A stretch of DNA of 64,000 nucleotides from an uncultured virus (IMG/VR IMGVR_UViG_2811995017_000002) (lineage: Duplodnaviria; Heunggongvirae; Uroviricota; Caudoviricetes): positions 1 through 64,000 of IMG/VR virus record IMGVR_UViG_2811995017_000002; one strand, 5' to 3'. The translations under genes and the position numbers were made by a program. Below, one piece after another: positions 56,932 to 64,000 of the stretch. Below the pieces are notes generated by a model. It was not told the origin of the DNA. It was given only the letters and a program-made list of their open reading frames with translations, and made no database searches. Numbering within the stretch: position 1 is the first letter of the stretch; each line of letters begins with the position of its first letter.

Positions 56932-59580
56932 ATGGCGAATATTAAAGACGTAAAAGCGCCATTAGACCGCGAATTTCGGAACACGATAAACGAAAATTTC
57001 CGGGCTATGAACGGAGACGTATCGGCATCAAAGGCGCAAATGGACGAGGCGCTTTCGGAAGCGAAGGCCGCAAAGACTACGGCTGGTCAGGCGTTAACCA
57101 CCGCAGGCGATGCCGAACGTGTTGCGAAAAATGTTCAGGAGCAATTTAACGGAGTTGTGCTCGAAGGTTCTATCGATCCGGAAACCGCACAAGCTCGCGT
57201 TGACTATAACGGAAAAGAATACTCAACGCTAAAAGAGCGTATCGACGCTAACCAAGTCGAAGTCATGTCGACTCAATCATCGGTCCAATCGCTTAGTCTT
57301 AACGCGCTGGACTTCAAAGAAGAAGGCGATACGGACGCGGTGGCCATTAACAAAGCGATTGAGTACGCATCTCAAAACGGACTCGGCAACGTACACATTT
57401 CGAAGGACGTAACACTGGATGCTCCGATCTACGCGAAAAGTAATATTCGAATCACAAGCGATCCGGCTGCGAAGATTGAGGCGAACGGAGGATACGGAAT
57501 CGTTGTCGAAGGCTCCATCGGCGAGGAAATCCCAATTGCGGCTAACCTGACGATGGGTAGCACGGTTATAGAAACAACGGTAGAGCACGGACTCAAAGTC
57601 GGTGATTTAGTCCGTATTAAATCGCAAAGGGATGCGTTATCTGCCGACGCTGGAGATAACTGGCGTTTAGGATATGCGACGGCTTCCGTACCTGGTTGTT
57701 ATTTCGGAGAATTTGTACGGGTCAAAACAGTCACGTCAGCGACATCGTTCGAAATTACGGCAGGGCTTTTATTCCCGGACTATCGGACAGACAGCGCAAA
57801 TGAAACGGCTTCGACTGCGCGGGCGACAACAACGATTCAGAAGGTAACGCCAATTGAAAACGTCATTATTGACGGGCTTAACTTTACAGGGAAAGCAAGC
57901 CGTTTTATTACCTTTAAGTACGCTAATCACTGTTACACACGAGATAATACAGCCTATAGCGTTGCGGACGGATATTTTATTATATTCGAAAATTCTCTCG
58001 CCTGTGGCGACAGTGGAAGCCGGATTTACTACGACACCACAACTGCACCGACCGAAATATATACGCGAAATGCTTTTAAAGTCGTATCGTCTCAGGCTTG
58101 CGGATTCTTCGGATCGTATGCAGAGAACGGTTCACAGCCGTTTGACATCACGTATACAACCGGCGAAACTCCTTCGATAAGCTGTTACGTAAACAATTGT
58201 GAAACCAAAGGATCAACGCAGAATCCGATGACAAGTCACGGTGGAACTTACGCAGTTTCCGTTTTGGGAAACACATTTACCGAATGCCAGGTGAACGGCC
58301 CCATGATTCGGACACGATCTTCTAAAATCTCGAATAACACTGTGGTTGGAGCATCAGACAAATCAAGTTATGGAATAGCTCTATATGAGGGTTGGGCGCG
58401 AGACTGTTTGATTACTTCTAATTCGATTTCGGGTTTTAAAGACGGAATTCGTATAATTGACGGGGCTTCTACTGATCAGCAGTTTAAATGGGTGGGGGCC
58501 GTCCTTGCTAACAACACAATTACAAATACAAACCAGGCTTTATACATTTCTCGTGATCCGTCAAATCAGTTCACCGGTGAAGTCGGCATCGAGATTTTCG
58601 GAAATGTCGTAAACAATATGTCCGGATCAATTGCGAAGCCGGTCCGTATAGAGGCTTACGTTTGCGGCGTTGAGATTCATAACAACATCTTTAACGGATC
58701 CGGCGTTTCGAACTATGGTGTTTATGCGCATCCTAACACGAATAGAATCGCTATCGTACGGAATAAGTTTGTTAATGCTGGGCGGGGGGTTCGCCTTGAT
58801 GCTCCTACGGATACAACAATCGGAACTCCGATTTGTGAGATTGTAGAGAACAAATATCTTGATGGAACTCTATCCGCTGACCAAATTGATGGATGGAAGA
58901 CGAAGAACAAAGAGATCCTCGGTTTCTTAAATCCGAAACTCGATAACAAAGAGTCAATCGGTATGAGTTCGAGTAGATGGGCGTATATTTATGTCGCATC
59001 AGGGACGATTTCGACTTCAGATAGAAATTACAAGAAGGATATACTCGACGAACCTCTCGGACTGAATTTCGTTAACCTCCTTAAACCTCGGTCGTACAGG
59101 TTTAAAGACGGTACAAACGATCGGACCCACCACGGTCTGATTGCACAGGAAGTCGAAGAAGTCGTAAATGAACTCGGAATTGTAACGGACGACTTTGCGC
59201 CAATTTCTAAGACGCCAGAATACGACGAAGCAGGCAACGAAACTGGAGAATTTGTTTACGGACTGCGCTACGAAGAATTAATCGGCCCGTTAATCAAAGC
59301 AACGCAAGAGCTTTACGCCCAAGTGCAGGACTTGACCGCCAAAGTAAATAAACTTTCTCCCGAATCTTCCGGTTCGATTGCGCTTTCGCAAAACGCGGAT
59401 TTACTTCTGTATCTTGCGGATCAGAGCGATCCGGATTGGTGGTTTAAAAATATCCGGATTCTATATTCAAACGGTAAATATTCGAAAGAACAAGTCGCTA
59501 AGTACGTGACGCTTTCGAAAATTAGCCGTGAACAGTACGCAGCCATTACCGGAGAGGTTTACGAGGAGGGCACCGCATGA
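56932..59580 (+). CDS. Beta-helix tail spike with S74 chaperone and C-terminal XkdX-like domain
   Basis: ETAQARV anchor; beta-helix repeats; STSDRNYKKDI...HGLIAQEV...LRYEELI; terminal ISREQYAAITGE. Confidence 0.8.
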   Translation: MANIKDVKAPLDREFRNTINENFRAMNGDVSASKAQMDEALSEAKAAKTTAGQALTTAGDAERVAKNVQEQFNGVVLEGSIDPETAQARVDYNGKEYSTLKERIDANQVEVMSTQSSVQSLSLNALDFKEEGDTDAVAINKAIEYASQNGLGNVHISKDVTLDAPIYAKSNIRITSDPAAKIEANGGYGIVVEGSIGEEIPIAANLTMGSTVIETTVEHGLKVGDLVRIKSQRDALSADAGDNWRLGYATASVPGCYFGEFVRVKTVTSATSFEITAGLLFPDYRTDSANETASTARATTTIQKVTPIENVIIDGLNFTGKASRFITFKYANHCYTRDNTAYSVADGYFIIFENSLACGDSGSRIYYDTTTAPTEIYTRNAFKVVSSQACGFFGSYAENGSQPFDITYTTGETPSISCYVNNCETKGSTQNPMTSHGGTYAVSVLGNTFTECQVNGPMIRTRSSKISNNTVVGASDKSSYGIALYEGWARDCLITSNSISGFKDGIRIIDGASTDQQFKWVGAVLANNTITNTNQALYISRDPSNQFTGEVGIEIFGNVVNNMSGSIAKPVRIEAYVCGVEIHNNIFNGSGVSNYGVYAHPNTNRIAIVRNKFVNAGRGVRLDAPTDTTIGTPICEIVENKYLDGTLSADQIDGWKTKNKEILGFLNPKLDNKESIGMSSSRWAYIYVASGTISTSDRNYKKDILDEPLGLNFVNLLKPRSYRFKDGTNDRTHHGLIAQEVEEVVNELGIVTDDFAPISKTPEYDEAGNETGEFVYGLRYEELIGPLIKATQELYAQVQDLTAKVNKLSPESSGSIALSQNADLLLYLADQSDPDWWFKNIRILYSNGKYSKEQVAKYVTLSKISREQYAAITGEVYEEGTA

Positions 59581-61442
59581 AAATAGAGAATATATCCGGT
59601 TCTTCCGAAGTTCTAACCGGTTATACAAATCTCGCGATAAAACGGACAGTGAACGGCGATATTTCACTGTCTTTTTTATTGCCCAAAACGGAACACAATG
59701 CGCATGCTTTCGACCTAGTCGAAGAGGAATCCGTCCTGACATACAACGGAATCGACTATCGTATTAAGCAGTGCGTCGAGCAACTGGTCGGGGTTACGCC
59801 GGTTAAATCCGTCACGGCCCCGCATATCTTTTTCGACCTGATCGACGATTTCCGTTATGATACGCTAACTACCGGTTTCAAGTCGATTAACGTCATTTTC
59901 GATTTCATTTTCCGCGATACAGGCTGGACGTTCAGCATTATCGACTCATTCGATACGGAAGAATTCGAGAATTTCGGGAACGACAACTGTATATCGCTCT
60001 TTAAAAAGGCACTCGATAGATTCGAAGCCGAATACGAAATTGTTGGCCGAGACGTTCGGATTTATAAACAGATCGGAAGCTCTCCCGATTTTCAATTCCG
60101 ATATAACCACAACGTCAAAACGTTCAAGAAAACGGTCGACAGTTCGAATTTATCGACGTACATTCGCGGTGAAGGCAAAAAGGACAATAACGGTAAGCCT
60201 ATGGTAACGGCGGAATACACATCGCCCCTTGCCGGAATTTACGGAATCCGCCATGCTCCTATTTATACGAACGAGACAATTACGAAGAAATCGACTTTAG
60301 AGCGTTATTTAAAAGCGAAGCTCCAAGATAAGCCGGAAATTACTATCGAAATAGATTTCGTTGAATTGAAAAACGCCGGCTATGCGGTGGCGAAACCAAG
60401 TCTAGGCGATACTGTGCCGACTATTTATGAACCATTGAACGTGAGTCTGAATCTTCGCGTTATGGAAATCGAAGAATACCCGGAATCAAACAAAGCACCG
60501 AAAATTACGCTTGCTTCGACGTTAAAAACGTTCGCAAAGTCCGTTATTTCTTATTCAAAGCAGTTGCTCGATAAGATATACGATGAGAACTCCGGTAAAC
60601 TACGATATAACGTGTATGATGAAGCGGTTCAACGAGCAACAGAGGCGCTTAATAATTCGTTGACTCAGTTAGAATATCCGGAGGGAATGGGGATTATTGC
60701 GCGAGATCCTAACGATCCGAACCGTTTTGTTGCGCTAAGATCCAGCGGATTAGGCGTTACGACAGACGGAGGCAAGACGTTTAAAGAGGCGATCACGGCG
60801 GACGGCGTCGTCACAAGCGTTTTGACAGCCGGACAAATTAAAACGAACAATATACAGATCATCGGTAACGGTGATCTTTTTTATTGGGACGGGAACTATC
60901 TGATCGCGATTAACGCCGCCGACCGCAATAAATTCGTACGGTTAGATTCACGAGGCTTATATGTTGCGAAAGGTGCGGTATCGATAGAGAGGCCGGATGG
61001 AGCTGTTCTCGTAAATAACGGAATGTTTGCGTTTAACTTAGCGGTCCAAGAAAAGCCATTCTATAACACGGCTGAGGTTGAATTTACCGGTAGCTATTAC
61101 AAATCGGCCTCGACTTCGTATACAAATGCGGAGGTTATGTACATTTCTCATGATGCTCGGTTCTTGAATATAACTGTTGCGGCACGTCTTCATTACTCGG
61201 AAACAGATACTCCTCTTAATACTTATGTTAGACTTGAGGAATTTGACGTAGATGACGGCGTAGAAAAGGTAGTGTCCGAAGTGGTTATCTCTACAGAAAA
61301 AGACAAAACGAATTATGCGCAAATACAAGTCGATCTCGGTGTTCCTACGTACAAAGCTCGAAACTTTTATCTGCAATTTAAGTCGGGCTGGTCCGGAAGA
61401 TCTACGATGATCAGAACGACGCGTACTTGGTTAAACGGATAG
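59577..61442 (+). CDS. Tal/prophage tail endopeptidase-like baseplate protein
   Basis: VNGDISLSF, FRYNHNV, LGDTV, TFKEAITADG. Confidence 0.8.
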   Translation: MKIENISGSSEVLTGYTNLAIKRTVNGDISLSFLLPKTEHNAHAFDLVEEESVLTYNGIDYRIKQCVEQLVGVTPVKSVTAPHIFFDLIDDFRYDTLTTGFKSINVIFDFIFRDTGWTFSIIDSFDTEEFENFGNDNCISLFKKALDRFEAEYEIVGRDVRIYKQIGSSPDFQFRYNHNVKTFKKTVDSSNLSTYIRGEGKKDNNGKPMVTAEYTSPLAGIYGIRHAPIYTNETITKKSTLERYLKAKLQDKPEITIEIDFVELKNAGYAVAKPSLGDTVPTIYEPLNVSLNLRVMEIEEYPESNKAPKITLASTLKTFAKSVISYSKQLLDKIYDENSGKLRYNVYDEAVQRATEALNNSLTQLEYPEGMGIIARDPNDPNRFVALRSSGLGVTTDGGKTFKEAITADGVVTSVLTAGQIKTNNIQIIGNGDLFYWDGNYLIAINAADRNKFVRLDSRGLYVAKGAVSIERPDGAVLVNNGMFAFNLAVQEKPFYNTAEVEFTGSYYKSASTSYTNAEVMYISHDARFLNITVAARLHYSETDTPLNTYVRLEEFDVDDGVEKVVSEVVISTEKDKTNYAQIQVDLGVPTYKARNFYLQFKSGWSGRSTMIRTTRTWLNG

Positions 61443-61454
61443 GAGGCGTAGTCA

Positions 61455-61718
61455 TTGGGTGAACCATCGAATAACGAATTAAACGATAAGATAGCCGACA
61501 TTCGCGAATGGCTCGTGCGTATCGATACGAAGGTCGACTATTTCAACGAAGTAAAACATACGGCAGATCGAGCGCATGAAAAGGCGGATGAAGCGTTGGC
61601 GCTCGCCAAAGAAAGCCAAGCGGATATTTCCGATATGAAAGCAAATACGAAATGGTTATGGGGCGTAATTCTCACGATCGTTGGATTGACGATCTCGGGG
61701 ATTGCGCTATTTTTATGA
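61455..61718 (+). CDS. XhlA-like membrane protein
   Basis: Coiled coil plus ANTKWLWG and C-terminal TM; precedes endolysin. Confidence 0.75.
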   Translation: MGEPSNNELNDKIADIREWLVRIDTKVDYFNEVKHTADRAHEKADEALALAKESQADISDMKANTKWLWGVILTIVGLTISGIALFL

Positions 61719-61771
61719 GCCCGTTCGGTGAGAGTCCGGCGGGCGTTATTAAACGAAAGGGAGACGATTAA

Positions 61772-62707
61772 ATGGCGATTTCAGTCAAGAAAAACCTCGT
61801 CGCGTCAAGCAAGTATTCCGTTAAGTGTCCATATTCAATGGATGCGAAGTACATCACGTTCCACAATACGGCGAACGACGCTTCAGCAGCGAATGAGATT
61901 GCGTACATGATCCGTAATAACAACCAAGTATCGTACCACTTTGCGGTAGACGATAAAGAGGTCGTTCAGGGACTTCCGACTAACCGGAACGCATGGCATT
62001 GCGGAGACGGAAACGGACCCGGCAACCGTTCATCTATCGGCGTCGAAGTTTGCTATTCGAAGTCAGGTGGCGCTAAGTATAAAGCGGCCGAAAAGCTTGC
62101 GATTAAATTCATCGCTCAGCTATTGAAAGAGCGCGGATGGGGCGTTGATCGCGTGAAGAAACATCAGGACTGGAACGGAAAATACTGTCCGCACCGTGTA
62201 CTCGATGAGGGACGTTGGGATGCGGTGAAAGCGGCCATCGCTGCGGAACTTAAAGCGATCGGAGGAAAGTCGTCTAGCCCTGCGAAATCAGCGCCGAAAA
62301 CGTCCGGAAAGACTTATACGGTAAAGAAAGGTGACACGCTTTCGGAAATTGCGGTTAAAACAGGCGTCAGCATGGCGAAACTTCAGTCCTATAACGGCAT
62401 TAAAAATCCGAATAAAATCACGGTTGGCCAAGTGCTGAAGCTTACGGGAAGCAGCGGTTCCAAACCGTCATCAAGCGGTAAGAAATACGTATATCTTCCG
62501 GCATCTGCCGACTCATGGCGCATCTATCCGACAAACAAAGCGCCTGTCAAAGGCAATGAATGCGGATTCCTGCGTCCGAAGAAATTTGGCGGACTTAAAT
62601 ACGAAATCCTTGCGAACCCACAAACGGATGTCTATACGATCAAAACGGATCAGTTCGGAAAAGTGAATATCTACGCGGCGAAATCAACCGGCGCAACAGT
62701 AAAATAA
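61772..62707 (+). CDS. Endolysin, N-acetylmuramoyl-L-alanine amidase with LysM
   Basis: HNTANDASA, AWHCGDG, KHQDW..KYCP; YTVKKGDTLSEIA LysM. Confidence 0.93.
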   Translation: MAISVKKNLVASSKYSVKCPYSMDAKYITFHNTANDASAANEIAYMIRNNNQVSYHFAVDDKEVVQGLPTNRNAWHCGDGNGPGNRSSIGVEVCYSKSGGAKYKAAEKLAIKFIAQLLKERGWGVDRVKKHQDWNGKYCPHRVLDEGRWDAVKAAIAAELKAIGGKSSSPAKSAPKTSGKTYTVKKGDTLSEIAVKTGVSMAKLQSYNGIKNPNKITVGQVLKLTGSSGSKPSSSGKKYVYLPASADSWRIYPTNKAPVKGNECGFLRPKKFGGLKYEILANPQTDVYTIKTDQFGKVNIYAAKSTGATVK

Positions 62708-62727
62708 TCGAAAAGGGAGACGATATT

Positions 62728-62961
62728 ATGAACGTAAAGACAACTGAAAAAATTAGCGCAGGAACAATCGCTCGATTCGTGTTACTTGCGCTTGCACTCG
62801 TTAACCAGACGCTTACGATGACGGGTCACAGTCCGATTCCGGTCGATGAGGAAGGCGTGCAGCAATTTATTTCGCTCGCATTTACCGGAGTGGCTTCGCT
62901 GTGGGCGTACTGGAAAAATAACGACGTGACGAAGAAAGCGCGGACAAAGACGAATAGATAA
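62728..62961 (+). CDS. SPP1-family holin
   Basis: GTIARFVLLALALVNQ...WKNNDVT. Confidence 0.88.
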   Translation: MNVKTTEKISAGTIARFVLLALALVNQTLTMTGHSPIPVDEEGVQQFISLAFTGVASLWAYWKNNDVTKKARTKTNR

Positions 62962-63083
62962 CGGAACTTTTGGCGGGCGCCTGCGTATAAAAGCGTAGGT
63001 GCTCGTGGTACATAATGAGATTGCGGTGAAGACTTCCGATAGAGTATAATTTTACTAACGCTATAAGAACGGAGGAAGAAACG

Positions 63084-63425
63084 GTGGATTTTGTACGAGT
63101 AGAAGTTGAACGACGACGGATGACGCCTAAACGGTGGATTCCTCGTTTATTTATGTTTTTTTCTGGTTTTGTGCTCTTATTAATAAGCTTAATTTTGATG
63201 ATTACTATCATAGGCATCCTACCGGGCTTAGGTCTAGGTTCGCTCAGCGTCTTTCTTATCTTCGGAGCCTTTTTCGGAGGCGAACGTTTTGAATGCCCTC
63301 GATGTGGTTTTAAGAATAACTTTGTGACTTATGGAAAACATAATGAAACCTGCCGGAAATGTAAACAAAATATAGCAATCGATTGGATAAAATATAACAA
63401 AGGTGAGAAAGTTAATCTTAATTGA
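63084..63425 (+). CDS. Membrane protein with Zn ribbon (moron)
   Basis: Two TMs plus CPRC/CRKC; promoter TTGCGG-18-TATAAT at 63021-63050. Confidence 0.65.
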   Translation: MDFVRVEVERRRMTPKRWIPRLFMFFSGFVLLLISLILMITIIGILPGLGLGSLSVFLIFGAFFGGERFECPRCGFKNNFVTYGKHNETCRKCKQNIAIDWIKYNKGEKVNLN

Positions 63426-63427
63426 TA

Positions 63428-63461
63428 GAAGCCCCGTCCTTAATCGGATGGGGCTTCTTTT
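63428..63461. terminator. Terminator between convergent genes
   Basis: GAAGCCCCGTCC-TTAATC-GGATGGGGCTTC followed by a T-tract. Confidence 0.75.
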
Positions 63462-64000
63462 ACGTTTATTATTCTACTTTTGGCGGTTACTTTTTTATTG
63501 TCGGCATTCTTAACAAAAACTTTCAACTGATACTGGCCAGCTTCAGCGAAATCAATAGTCGTTTTATTGGATGGAGTATACATACGTTTCTCTATAGTTT
63601 TTCCGTCTTTATATAAGTACCATGCGAATGTTGACTCTGGATCTGAACTGTGCGCGTGAAATTCATGTTTCTCATTAACCTTGACTGTGGGGTTTGGCTC
63701 ATTGAGAATCTTTATGTACGGGACTCCAGTTTCTTTCGAAATCATTCGCTTCAGATACTCTGGGAAATGTTTTGCGACGTCAGCATGCTCTGAATAGTCG
63801 CCTAGATCCAAGTCATATTGTATGCCTTTTTTATTCAGCTCTTTAATTAGAGGTTTTAAGTGGTGATTATAGTGATACTCGCCTCGTCCAACATGTAGGT
63901 AAAGTTTCGGTGAAGACTTTGAATCTCTTACGGCATCCTGAAGTATAGCGTTCATAAATTCCTTATCCTTTATATCGCTTCCTCCAGCAATAAACCTCGA
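63440..64000 (-). CDS. 3' part of a gene running off the window (alpha/beta-hydrolase-like end plus Ig-like Y_Y_Y domain), probably host
   Basis: LHVGRGEYHY...H; FAWYLYKDG...GQYQLKVFVK. Confidence 0.5.
   Translation of the reverse strand, partial: SRFIAGGSDIKDKEFMNAILQDAVRDSKSSPKLYLHVGRGEYHYNHHLKPLIKELNKKGIQYDLDLGDYSEHADVAKHFPEYLKRMISKETGVPYIKILNEPNPTVKVNEKHEFHAHSSDPESTFAWYLYKDGKTIEKRMYTPSNKTTIDFAEAGQYQLKVFVKNADNKKVTAKSRIINVKEAPSD

Larger units (their letters stand above)
1..63460 (+). mobile_element. Temperate Bacillus siphovirus prophage (att sites not located)
   Basis: Integrase, replication, immunity, packaging, head, tail and lysis modules all present. Confidence 0.93.

Noticed and set aside
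62960..63470. attR site
   Set aside because: The left junction lies outside the window, so no core repeat can be matched.

Overview
This 64-kb window is almost entirely one temperate Bacillus (subtilis-group-like) siphovirus prophage, mostly on the + strand. Gene order: tyrosine integrase (1-960); early/replication genes (HTH initiator, DnaC-like loader, a frameshifted DnaB-like helicase, HNH-AP2 endonuclease, primase); an ImmA/ImmR-type immunity cassette; a sigma-like regulator; SSB; family-A DNA polymerase; nucleases; nucleotide metabolism (nrdIEF, dimeric dUTPase, thyX, dNMP kinase); and two orphan DNA methyltransferases. An accessory block follows, with a type VII secretion-style lipase toxin locus and a YonT-like peptide operon under an XRE switch. 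The putative small and large terminase genes are ~4.2 kb apart. That gap holds a repeat-rich non-coding region, a ~550-nt highly structured region, a small ORF plus PIN toxin pair and a second tyrosine recombinase. Head, tail (two programmed frameshifts) and lysis modules come next, and a partial minus-strand gene closes the window. The most notable observations are four genes with strong SD sites pointing at ATC codons, matching palindromic sites bracketing the TerS-TerL cargo, a C5-MTase with an N-terminal TRD-like extension and a second start, a reverse-architecture T7SS lipase, and a tail spike fused to an XkdX-like domain. All family calls come from motif recognition by eye; no searches were run.
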